Positions 1 through 11,093 of a stretch of 64,000 nt of DNA are shown here, piece after piece (within the stretch, counting starts at the first letter, position 1; every line of letters starts with the position of its first letter). The position numbers were made by a program, and so were the translations under genes. The notes below the pieces were generated by a model. That model did not search any database, was not told the origin of the DNA, and worked only from the letters and a program-made list of their open reading frames with translations. Source of the stretch: Acanthaster planci (Eukaryota); the NCBI RefSeq assembly GCF_001949145.1, contig NW_019091357.1:2670558-2734557 (forward strand), given 5' to 3'.

Positions 1-255
1 TAGTGAAAATTTGTTTTCATTATTTTTGAATGTAACTGTACACTGCATGTAGTGCTCAAATTAATAATTTGATCAAATAAATACCATTTTCAATCTAATC
101 GGCAAAATACCAACTTACATGTAATAGTCAAAATCAAAACAGTAAGTACAAATAAAGTCATATCAGATCACTTTCATAGTTTTTAGGTCTTAAACTGTTG
201 AGCATTGTTGATTCATCTACTACAGGAAGGGCCCGCGACGCAGAACGAATCTCAC

Positions 256-3200
256 CTCAGCTATAGTCAGGTTATAATAAAACGCTGAACCGTCCTTATC
301 TTTCCAATGAGCATCTTCCTGATACCTGGTACACCTGTGATATTAGAGGGATGAAAAAGGTCATGATGAGAACCACGTTTTGCTTCTGACCAGCAAAACC
401 AGATGGGGCATCAAAACGCTATCCAAATTGATGACGCACGTGGCCGTATTGGATACCAGACTCTGTCTCACGTCAGGGTTTAAAGAAAAAGAAAGCTGAA
501 AGATTGACACATAAATTATTCAAATCTACAACCTCATAAAGCAACTTATTACCTTCAAGTCAAGGAGTTAACCAAAGAATGTGCTTCTTAGGTCCTTGAT
601 GAAAGAGCTTTTAAGGTGCTCTGCTATTCAAACTATTTTTTAAACGACCACAATATCATGAAAAAGGCCAAAACTGTCTGGTATCAAGTCTTTGGGAATG
701 CAGTGGATGATGGATGACAGATATTATGGCCACCACTTTTTCTATTACGGTAAACAGATAGCCATACACAAAAAAGCGCCGTGATGTTATACTCACGTAT
801 CGGGCCAAAAATAGCCTTCCAAGTCCAGCAGATTATTGCAAAATGTCTTCAGCCCGACCGTCACCAGACACGCCTCCACAAGGACGAAGACGGCCATGAT
901 ACCAAAGACGATGGTGGCAACGAACCGGCCGAACGCTTGGCTGGAGATCGGCAGGAAATGAGATTCAAAACCAAATATTTTAAAAATGCATCGAATAAAA
1001 TCTGACCGTAAAGGACCATTTAAGAGTCATTTCACGTAAATACCAGACATATATGTCCACGGTCAAAAAATCCTTGGTTTTTTCATACTTTGTAGGACGT
1101 ACGTGCTTGGGGTGCAAGTAAACAAAATAGACTTTTCAAATCCATGTGTAGCATGTTGCATGGAAACAGCTTATTTTGTGTTTTGGGCCTTTCACATTTT
1201 AGGTCGACTCAGGGCACTGGAAATCTGGTTTTAGCTTACGCTTACATGCCAATTAACAAAAATGCGAAACAAATTCACAAATTCCTTACATCGTATCATC
1301 CCTGCCTCTGCTTAAGACAAAAAATTATCGCTCTTAGTGTCACCTTAATGCTCTCTCAACAGCTTGAACTGAAGTATATTTTAAGAACTTACAAGATTCA
1401 TAGTTTAACCCTATTTTTCATCTCAAAACGTCAATTTGTCAGGGGTCTCAGAATATTTTCCTCTTGGTTGTGATTAGGGCCAACACTGGTCTTTTGATAT
1501 ATGGTGAGAAAATCTCGGGTAATTGTATCCTGCTGTGACAGTATTGCCTCAAATATGGTCATTTTTCACAAAACAGAAAATTGTATTTAGGCGGTTTCTC
1601 CTCAACTTTGATCAATAATACAGAAAGGTACGCTTTTGTGATTCTGGCACTGTTTTATGTCTGCTGAGTAATGAACGCATGGTAAATCTAGAATGAAACC
1701 GAGCCCTAGCCCACAATTTGCCATGACTTTTGACCACTATAAAACTGTTCCCCCACAGATTTATGCGAATTATTTTGTTTCTTCTTTGCTGAAGGATAAC
1801 GTTGTTGACAATGAGTGGCAGGCAGATGACAAATGGACTGTGGGAGGGCTACTGTACATGAGGCAAGTTGTAAAGTGCTCTTGCACTGGGTGTCTACTTG
1901 CAATGGGAGTCATAATGTGTACCAGTGCAAAAGTCATGTGGTACCAACAACCTAAGAACTCAATAAACTTTTTTTCACGCATGTGACTGGATTGCGCTAA
2001 ATGTAAACGATACCATAACGTGTGGACCGCCTGGCCGCGGTGATTGCATTAAATTCCTACGGGCAGCTTCAACCACGTACCAGCGCATGCTTGACTAGTT
2101 TATCTTGAATAGGTAGATTACCATCACAGCACTATGCACTCATTACCAACACAACACATCACAGGTACAGCATGATCGTGGCATCACAGTAGAAAGGTCT
2201 ATAACTCATGGGCTATGGCTCGGTGCGATACTAGATTTACTATGTATGCATTAATCAACCGACTAAAACAGCGCTAGAATCACAAAAGTATACTTTTCTG
2301 TATCATTTCCTCAAACTGAGGAAAAAGTCCATAATGCAATTTTCTGTTTTGTTAAAAATGATCATATTTGAGGCAATACTGTCATAGTAGGATACAATTG
2401 CCCAAAATTTTCTGAAAAGACCATTGTTCGCCCTAATCACAACCCCCAAAAAATCATTCTGAGACTCCTGGTAAGTTGACATTTTGAGATGCAAGACTTG
2501 GGTGAAAAGGTCAATTTTGCAAGTTCTAAAAAATATTTTAACGCAAGGTATTAAAAGAGCAATAAGAGTGACACTTAAAGTATTTTTTTCTCAAGCAGTG
2601 GCAAGGCTCATACTTTAAAGCAATATAAGTGAATGTGTGAAATATTCTTGCACTTTGGTTGGGTGGACTTTTAAAACATGAGCTAAAACCCAGTTTTTAA
2701 GAGCCCTAAGTCAGCTTAAAATGCCAAAAACAAAAAAAACGAAACGAGCTGTTTCCATGGCAACGGGCTACGTATGGATTTGAAAAGTCTATTTCGTTTA
2801 CTTGCACCCCAAGTCCTTTCATCCTACAAAGTATGAAAAAAAATGACCGTGGACACATGTCTGGTGTTTATGTGAAATGGCTCTTAATATCTTTCCATTA
2901 ATTTCGGGGCAGGTTTTTTTTCCCCCGAAAATTGATAACATTTTTTAATCTTCCCATCATTGCTATGTTATGGCTTATCCTAACTACGACGTGTTGCCTT
3001 ATTACTCTGTGCAACAAGTATTAATTGGTACTCCGCGTTGCGAGTACAGTCCTTAAACGACACAGAGTTTTGCTTTTTCCTTTCTTGTACTTTTTGACAT
3101 TCTTACATTTCCAGTTTTCCCCGGCAGATCACCTGGATCCGATACGCGATGAACACCAGCGCCAGCAGGATAGCAACCAGCTGCGTCACCAGACAGAACT

Positions 3201-6200
3201 GGCAACGGAATTGGCTAGAGGATGAGACTGTGTAAAGTGTTCGGCCCGAATGAGCGACGGAAGCCTGGAAAACACAGCCGTCCATCTGAATCTGCGGCAA
3301 AAGAGACAGATAACAACATACAAAGAGCCGCTGTCATCATCGGTCATGTGACCTAGACGGTTGTCACGAGAAGGTGACATTAACCTGAAGGAAAACCAAA
3401 CTTAAACCAATCAATTATGGCAACATTTCAATATGTAACCTTCAACCTTGGTTGAACATTTTTGACTACATTTCCATGATTTGAGGTACACAGGAAAAGA
3501 TAACCGATGACTCGCGGTGTCGTGTTGCTGGTAGCGACGTTTCGGCTGCTGGTGCTGCTAGCCTTCATCAGGGCAACTGAAGTCTGGATGCTGCAGAGTC
3601 CGCTATATACCGCTGGACCGCGTCCTCCACGTGCCCCCCGCCGACGCAGTAGGGGTGACCTCAGCGGGCATCGCACGCTCCACTCCACGGGCGTGAGGGG
3701 GCGAGTCCTCGGTGTGGCTCCGTTGCGCTCCGGTGGTTGTGTTGGCAGATGGCGAGGAGCCAGAACCCGGGGATGTCGATGCCGCTGTCCCTGTTGATGT
3801 TGTGTCCATTCAAGTAGATGTGGATGGCCTCCTTGACGCGTCTTGTGTACCAATGCTGGTCTTGGTCCACGCACTGCACGCCGTCCCAATTGGGGTGGTA
3901 ACCAGCTCCCCAGGTGTGCTCGGCTACCGCCGACGACTCCACACGGGAGAGTCTCACGTCGCGCTCGTGCTCTTTGATTCTCTCGCCGATTGGTCTGCCA
4001 GTTTCGCCGATGTACACCTTGCCACAGTCACTGCATGGTATCCTGTAGACCACTCCTCCGCGTCTTCCGGGTGGGATGGGATCCTTAGGACGCACGAGCT
4101 GGTTCCTCAAGGTGGTGGATGACCGGAACACGGTGCGGACGCCGTGGTCCTCCAGGATCCTCTTCAGCCGTCCGGAGATACCGTCCACAAAGGGAAGAAC
4201 GGTGAAAGCCTTGTACTCCGTTTGCTCCACTTCGGTGCTGGTCTTGGGTCTTGGTGACTGCCAGATGAAGGACGCTGGATACCCGTTCGCCGTGAGGGCA
4301 GCGGTGACTCGGCGTCTCTCGGCGGCTGTGTGGTCTGCTGACTAGGCGTGAGGCGCGGTCATGTAGGCACTTGGCCACGCCCCTCCTGACGGACATTGGG
4401 TGGTGTGAGTCAAAGGCCAGGTACTGGTCGGTGTGGGTAGTCTTGCGATAAGCGGGGTTGGTCGGGCTGCCGTCGTGGTGTCCAAGAATGCGATGCTGTT
4501 GTCTTGCTCATTCTCGATGGTGAACTGGGTAGAGCGGAGCGTGCGACGCCCGCTGAGGTCACCCGTACTGCGTCCGCAATACACGACGGGGGCACGCGGT
4601 CCAGCGGTATATAGCGGACTCTGTAGCATCCAGACTTCAGTTGCCTGATAAAGGCTAGCAGCCGAAGCGTCGCTACCAGCAACACGACACCGCGAGTCAT
4701 CGATTACCTTTTTCCTGAATTTTTCATCCACCGCGGTGATTATGTTAACCTCTTCTAATGATTTGACATGTTAACAGTCTAATATTTAGTGTGCCCTCCC
4801 TTATTTCTGATTGCTTGGACTGGCTATTTTTTCATGAAATTTGTAATTGACTCGTTAGTGATGCATTCAACGTTGATAATTTTTCAAGCTGTTTGTAAAC
4901 AGAGGGTTGAAACACTCAGCCGCATTGTGATTTGTGAAACTCCCTCTCCCTTGCTGTATAAACCAGATGTGATCTCTCAGAGGTATGGCGATTATTTTTA
5001 ATTCTGTTTTTGTACCACCTGAAACAGAACTACCCGGTGTTCCACCTGAATGTGATTTTCCTCTTCCATCGGTCAAAACAGCTGATATCAGTAATCAAAG
5101 TATTGTTGGAATGATTGACAATTTGCCAAATGATAAATCCTCGGGTCCAGACGATACTACTCCACGGCTAGTGAAGTCGTGCTCTGGCATGATCTCACCA
5201 TTTTTTGTGATTTGTTCTGTATGTCTTTGCCTCAGGGTGAACTTCCTAGTATGTGGAAAAGAGCCAATATTACCCCCGTTCTTAAATCAGGTGATAGGAG
5301 TTCAATTTTAAATTACCGTCCCATCGCATTGACTTCAGTTGTGTGTAAAATTATGGAGACAATTGCAGCAATTGACATCGGATCTCATCTAGGTGACTAC
5401 TTGCTCTTGTTACCAAAGCAACACGGATTTATCAAAGGTCGGTCCTGCGTATTAAACACAGCTTCTTAATGTTACCAACACGTGGTTAAAAATTCTTGAC
5501 AAACCTCGCCCCCCGATGCAGTTCTTTTGCCTTCGCCAAAGCATTTGATGTATAAATGCCTCATGACGTTCTACTCTGTATGTTGGCATAACATACCCGG
5601 CAATGTATGGCAATGGATAAAATCCTTTGTTTCTGGTAGAGTCGAAAGAGTTTTACACAAAGGTTCATTTTCACCGTCAGGTGTACCTCACGGAAGTGTG
5701 TTAGGCCTTGTCTTGTTCGATTTATTCATTTACGATCTTCCCCCATGTACCTCATCTACTTGTTTATTGTTTGCCAATGATATGTTATTATATCGGCCAA
5801 TAACCTGCCCAGAGGAGGAAAAAAGTCTGCAAACAAGACCTTGAGCAGATCCATTGTCTGTGTCTAAAGAATAGAATGTGCTTGAATATTAACATAACAA
5901 AGGTAATGCAGACTACATGGTCTAGAGATCCTGGTGTTCCCTCGTGTACACTGAACGATCTTCGTCTTGATATTGTTACAGAATATTAATACTTGTGAAT
6001 CGTTTTGAGTAATAAGCTGACCTGGGATAATCATGTGCAGTATATTGCCACTAGGGCTAATAGAATGTTGGGTTTCACAACTAGTGTTGCTAGAGACCCC
6101 TGCACGAATGCTAAGCTTGCCCTCTATATGGCCCTGCCAATTTTAGAATATGGCCAGCCCGTTTGGCATCTTTACACTGCAATGCTTATTGATAAAATTG

Positions 6201-6572
6201 AAAATGTGCAACGTTGAGCCACCAGAATGATACTCGTACAGAGAAGACTGGAAATGGATTATGAAACCCCACTTAAATTTGGGCCAATTTACTTAGATGT
6301 CACGTCTGCTTTCCTGTATGAATTGGACGGTGGGTGTCTTTGTGGCGTCAATCATAGCTGTGTCACATGATTTCCTGCCCCTCTCCACCCTCAGTGGTCA
6401 TCCCTCATCCCCTTATTACTCACCATTACCAATCCATGCCACCAATTCCTCCTGCTAGCCAAACACTTACCGAAGTTACCCAGATCATTATGGATGCCGC
6501 CATACCACATCCGAAAGCCACCAACAGAACGGCGACCTCCACGATGTTGACGATGGTCGCTGTGGCAGACAT
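256..6572 (-). CDS. TMEM179B: TMEM179B-like four-pass membrane protein, copy T1 (exons 1-4; exon 5 lies beyond the window start)
   Basis: Hand-spliced exons 6572-6471, 3291-3107, 940-797, 334-256, all GT-AG and in frame (phases 0,2,2,0). Translation: MSATATIVNIVEVAVLLVAFGCGMAASIMIWVTS/IQMDGCVFQAS...RCQFCLVTQLVAILLALVFIAYRIQVICRGKLE/IQAFGRFVATIVFGIMAVFVLVEACLVTVGLKTFCNNLL.../CTRYQEDAHWKDKDGSAFYYNLTIAE. Motifs VExxxxxxAFxCG, LVxACxxxxGxxxxCNxL and FYxNLxxAE match TMEM179B as recalled. Confidence 0.85.
1024..2883. mobile_element. Non-autonomous fold-back DNA transposon with long TIRs and TTAA flanks (Kolobok-like termini) in T1 intron 2
   Basis: TTAA-GAGTCATTTCAC...GTGAAATGGCTC-TTAA. About 1024-1715 is an imperfect inverted copy of about 2205-2883. 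Partly deleted homologues in T2 (about 16970-18546) and T3 (about 29020-29305). Confidence 0.7.
3485..4757 (-). mobile_element. 5'-truncated Penelope-like retroelement (RT C-terminus plus GIY-YIG endonuclease) with inverted pLTR
   Basis: ORF 3661-4230 contains GVVYRIPCSDCGKVYIGETGR..RIKEH and RRVKEAIHI. Frameshifted RT-thumb remnants lie upstream (FTIENEQDNSIAFLD). 3490-3682 is inverted at about 4533-4717. A 9-bp TSD ATGATTTGA is at 3476-3484 and 4758-4766, with the empty site in T2 at 21425-21433. Confidence 0.92.
3531..3577 (-). ncRNA. Minimal type I hammerhead ribozyme motif in the Penelope pLTR
   Basis: Minus strand reads gttgcc-CTGATGA-aggct(agcagcaccagc)agcc-GAAAC-GTC-gctac, giving the conserved core, stem II and a GUC site. 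A core-mutated second copy (CTGATAA...GAAG) is on the + strand at 4640-4676. Confidence 0.7.
4962..6336 (+). mobile_element. Degenerate CR1/L2-group LINE reverse transcriptase fragment in T1 intron 1
   Basis: Broken frames read KSSGPD, WKRANITPVLKSGDRSSILNYRPIALTSVVCK, QHGFIKGRSC, GVPHGSVLG and LLFANDM. Same insertion as in T2, with internal deletions. Confidence 0.88.
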
Positions 6573-7468
6573 CACTCTTCAGTTTAGGTATTACGACAAA
6601 CCAGTGATGAAACAAGGTTATATCGTGGGCATGTAGTATCTCTGGAGTGGCCGGCTGAAAGAAGTCAGGCTCGTTTATCCTCGCTACCACGGTCACTACA
6701 CCAGAACACGGGAGCAATTCTCTCACAAGCGTTTGAACTGCTCGTCGTCAAGCTGCAGTGCAAACAGTACAATACATGTAATGCGCGTGCATTATGGAGG
6801 ACAAAACTGCATGTACGTGTATGTGCAGTTGAGGCCATGCCACGCCCTATACGTGGAATTTGCCAGGGGGCGTAACACCTGACCCCGTAAGGTCACGGCT
6901 GATCATTATTGTCTGGAATAATTACGATTTTGCTCTCTTTCATTTCCTTCACATTTTTCCCGTCATTTTCTTTCTAGGGAAAAAAAAACCTGTATATTCC
7001 GGCCTTCAGTATTTGCATGCTAATTTATATGTCGGTGTTGTACAGAAGAAACAGGAATTTCTGGCTGTTGAACTTGAAATAAAAATCAGCAGAAAATATT
7101 ACGAAAGCGTACTTTCCCTTCAGGAATAGCTCAATGCATTTTTACGCACTGTCTGAACGATAATTATGTAAGCTAAGATCTGGTTTCAAAACGTGTTTTC
7201 CCTCTAGTCAAAGTGAATAATCAAGAGCCTTTCAGTGCTTGGAAGGGATAATTCCGTATCAGCTACGTAGCCCCATTTCTCAAGTAGGCGATGCCTCAAT
7301 AACAGGTTTCAATTTCATATCAGGCGAGAGTGAATCGAAAAATATTCAGTACAGTCCGTGCTTATATAAAACACACAGCTAGACTTGAAGAGCTGCGGCT
7401 CAAGCGTCTTTAATCGAGACCATCGCCGTCACGCTGTTAATTGTTCACAAAAAAGAGAGGGGGTCGTC

Positions 7469-7604
7469 CTTCTCCTAACTAGGGGGTGCTGCATTACTCT
7501 CTGCAAACAAGTGTTAAGTGGTATTGTGCGTTGTAAGTGCAGTTCTCGACACAGAATTTTGGTTGTTCCTTTTTTCGTACTTTTTGACATTCTTACATTT
7601 CCAG
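7469..7604 (-). pseudogene. Relic of a fifth TMEM179B-like copy (end of exon 2 plus start of intron 2)
   Basis: Near-identical to 29389-29525 (T3), including T3-specific variants. Ends in tcttacatttccag and abuts the Polinton remnant. Confidence 0.75.
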
Positions 7605-7787
7605 CGGCAATGTTGAAAATTAGAAACGACGGCCAATTTCAAATAAGTCGGTGTTGCAAGCGCTTAGCGGGTATGGATTTGAATCTGAGTCACCCGTGAA
7701 ATTCGATTAAATTTGAATGATTGACTTAACCTCGGTTATTCCTCGGATTAACTGAGGTTGTTTTCACGTCACTCGTTCCTTAAATAA

Positions 7788-8279
7788 ATGGACTCTTAAT
7801 AAGAAATGACAGACGCAAAATCTACCATCTAACTGGCTCATTACCTAAATGGCCAACCCTACCACCACGAACAAAAACTACGTGTGAGCACCAAATACTT
7901 GAAATGGACGAAAGATACGCGTGTAAACATTGCGGTCCAATTTTTGGGTGGGTTTCCTCATGCACCCCTGTAGACACGGGAGATAGATATTACAAGCATC
8001 ACGTTTGGATAAAACCGCCACCACCAAAATCGAGAAAACTTTTTGGAAGAGTTTAACGTTCAATTGGAAAGCGGCGAAGCGGGTGAAATAGAATATTTGT
8101 TAAACCGAGTTCTAAACGCCAAGATCTCTAGAGGTAAACCGTTGAAGGCTTTAATCGCGGTATGTTATCAAGACGTAAGTGGGGAAACCGAATCTAAAGT
8201 AAAAGATTTATTTCAAGTTTCGGATAAGCACTGGGAAAACGCCTTCGATGAATTAAACCTCGCCAAACAAGACCTATAG
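7788..8279 (+). pseudogene. Frameshifted Zn-ribbon plus helical-domain viral gene, possibly TFIIB-like or VLTF3-like
   Basis: One frame reads TCEHQILEMDERYACKHCGPIFG. After a frameshift, ORF 8043-8279 reads ...ISRGKPLKALIAVCYQDVSG..VKDLFQVSDKHWENAF. The start lies in a TAAATAAATG context. Confidence 0.45.
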
Positions 8280-8348
8280 ATTGACCGAACAAGATTTTTC
8301 AAAACGTATAGATTGCTAAACAAGATTTTTCAAAACGTATATAATAAA

Positions 8349-9228
8349 ATGGAGAGTCACACGTTTTACTTAACCGATAGCGAGCAGACGTTTAAATTGA
8401 AAGATGTCATTAAAACACCAAAGGCGACAAGGTCGCCCGAGTAAAGAATATTTAGTTTGAAGCTGGATATCTTAAGGTAACAAACGCTACTGAAATTGAG
8501 TGGGATACAAACTTGGACGATAGGCCCGTGGGGGTACTTGGCGAACGACCACCTGGAATACCTTTAGAGGAAAGAGCGGAAGTATCTTCCAATTCGGAAT
8601 TAGTAAAAACCAGCTAAAACCAGATTGATTCAAGCAAATGAAAGAGGCAGTTTAGCAGAAAAAATCAGAATCATCGCTGATGAAATTGAATAGCTAAACC
8701 AAGAAATCGCAACTTTAGAAGATCAGTTAAACCAAAGACAACCATTAGAAATGCGAGCTCGTTTAGCTTATGATATCGACGATAAAAAAGTCAAATCAGC
8801 TTCACTGCTCGAGGGACAAAGACAAGCTTCAGATGAAATTTACAAAGGGAAGTCCCAAACTCGACCTACTACATTGGACTGGTTTGAATTTTGGTTAAAC
8901 TCTATTCCGGGCGTTTCTTTTAAGGTTCACTCAGAATCTAAAAGGGTGACTTTGGCCATTACCGATGAAGAAGTGTCTAATAAAGAAGTGTCTGAGCTAT
9001 TGAACTTACCCAAAATAAAACTTTTATAACGGGCAGTCTTTAGACTTGCTATATGTGGTTGCGACCGAGCTTTTCACCTCAACACACGTGACGTGTAAAA
9101 CGCCTAAAAAGTTAATCTACAGGAACATAGACGAGTTGACTTTTTCTGTTAAAAACGATCGAGGTGAGCTCTTGAATGATGTCGGCAAAATTTTAATCGA
9201 GTCAGACATTTTTAAAACGCGTATATAA
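8349..9228 (+). pseudogene. Penton-like (minor capsid) gene with coiled-coil insertion, disrupted
   Basis: N-terminus MESHTFYLTDSEQTFKLKDVI. C-terminus IDELTFSVKNDRGELLNDVGKILIE resembles the alternating beta-strand/DxxGxxID ending of Polinton minor capsid proteins. Heptad-rich middle (IRIIADEIE*LNQEIATLEDQLNQ). Confidence 0.55.
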
Positions 9229-9235
9229 TAACAAG

Positions 9236-9878
9236 ATGACGACTAACATTTACCCCGATTTGACTTTAAACTCGGTCGAACAAGCAGAAACTAAAATTTA
9301 CAGACTCGAAAGATTGAAGAAATTAAATCTCAAATCCAAAGAGAACGCGACGCGCGGGAAACTAGCTACAAAAAGATTAAACGGGTACTCACCGCACTCT
9401 GTTACGTATAGTACGGCGTGGAGGCATTGGGCGCGACCTCGGTAGCCGTTGGCATTGCCGCCATTTTGGGCGTTGTTACCGGACCCGTCGGACTTGAGAT
9501 GGAAGGCATCGCTATCGATGCCTTTGGCGCTTACGCGGTTCTAAAGCACGCTAACCGTAAACTCACCCACAAAACTAAAAAAATACGACCAAATTCGAAT
9601 GTTGGCAGACGCTAAATTAAACACCATCGAGGAATACGTATCTCACGCGATTGAAGACGGTGATATATCCCAGGAAGAGTTTGTACTTATTTAACCGAGC
9701 TGAAAAAGTTTAACGAAATGAAAGAAAAAATTAGGTCAAATACGAGCACCAAATTGCAAGCGAGCGAAGCGAGCAGTAAAAAAGAATTCGAACGCCAAGT
9801 AAACGAGATAGCAGAAGCGCTGGCCAACGAACGATTGGCGGTTTAAAAAAAAATCTTATAAAAAAACTTGGCGAATAA
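9236..9878 (+). pseudogene. Adintovirus gasderminX-like membrane-active protein, frameshifted
   Basis: Reads IYPDL...IYRLER, then a Gly/Ala-rich hydrophobic hairpin (VAVGIAAILGVVTGPVGL), then YDQIRMLADAKLNTIEEYVSHAIEDGDISQEEF..ELKKFNEMKEKIR. This matches the recalled family pattern LAxxKLxxIxxxxSxAxxDxxISxxEF. Confidence 0.7.
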
Positions 9879-10190
9879 ATTTTACAAAGTCGGTTAAGTT
9901 CGAAGACCTACCACCTGCTTATCAAGCGACCTAACCGACGGCACCTCCTTGAAAAGCAGTATAAAATAAATGGGAGCCAACTTTAGTCATTTATCAATCG
10001 TAGTTAACGAAGACAACTTCTTTTCAGCCGAGTTTCCAAATTTAACGCACGCGTATAAAGTACCGAGAGTAGCCACGGACGAAGCCGTCAATCGCTGGGT
10101 GACCGATCCAATCAATTTAATTTCGCGGTCTATTGCACGACGACGGCCTGCGGGTTAGGTTTTGACTTACTGTCTGACCCCAATCCATAC

Positions 10191-10996
10191 ATGTCGGCTT
10201 TATTTAAATACGCTTTAACCGTAGTAGACGTGGGTTTGCGGTATAAAGAAGCCGAACCGTTGACCAGTAAAACGGCCGAGCAAGTGAGCGAAGCGAGCAA
10301 GAAAATTTACGAGCGATCACCTCTGACCTGGCCTAAAATTATAATGGTAGACTCGGGATCTGAATTTAAAGGTGAGTTTAAAAAGCTAATGACAAAAAAT
10401 AAGGTAGAAATTCAAGTGGGCGAGCCGGGTGTTCATAGATCGTAGAAAAGTTTAACTGTACATTGGCCGAGCGTGTCATCAATCATCAATACGCTTAAGA
10501 AATGTTAAACGTAGGCGTCCGAAACGTGGAATGGGTAGAACGTTTGCCTCAAGTTATAAAATCGTTAAACGAGGGAAAAACGCATTTAATTGATGCTGTT
10601 CCTGCCGAGGCCGTCAAAGTAAACAGAGTGAAACAAGCACCGAGTGCACCTCCAAGAACGAGCCAAAGAGAACTACCTCCAGATGTGGTCGTTAGGTATT
10701 TATATTACCCGGGTGAGCAAGAGGGCGGCACCGTCAGAAGGGCGATAGTCCCCGTCTGGTCTGTGGACGTTTATCAAGTGGAGAAACGCACCAGTCAATC
10801 TACACGAGTGAAAGGCAAGAGGGTAAAAACTGGTCCCACTTTATATGGTCTGTTAAACGGGCCAAATAGGAGTTTTGTCAAAGAGGAACTTCAAGTCATA
10901 CCCGAGGATACAGAGTTACCACCGAGTCTTAACTGTGCAAAAACTGAATTGAGGGCTTTCTCTTTGTCTTTAAAATTTGAGTTGTACACCCAGTGA
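10191..10996 (+). pseudogene. Polinton retroviral-like (rve) integrase, disrupted
   Basis: Reads KYALTVVDV..RYKEAEPLTSK, WPKIIMVDSGSEF, VEKFNCTLAER, EWVERLPQV, VRYLYYPGEQEGG and FVKEELQVIPEDTELPP. Frameshift near 10442 and a stop near 10497. Confidence 0.9.
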
Positions 10997-11093
10997 TAAA
11001 TAAACGATTCGCATCGTGCTCGCTCCGCTCGCTTCAGCTTAACAGATTGCTTGGCTGGCTCGAGGTCATGCTTTAAATCCTCTAATTCTCGAT

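Noticed and set aside
3103..3300. Triplicated 60-aa membrane microprotein ORF (also 18764-18982, 29516-29698)
   Set aside because: It is exon 2 of the TMEM179B-like genes; the apparent stop lies in the GTAAGA donor.
6367..6636. Repeated plus-strand Pro/Thr-rich ORFs (also 23753-24022, 31812-32234)
   Set aside because: Antisense shadows of TMEM179B-like exon 1.
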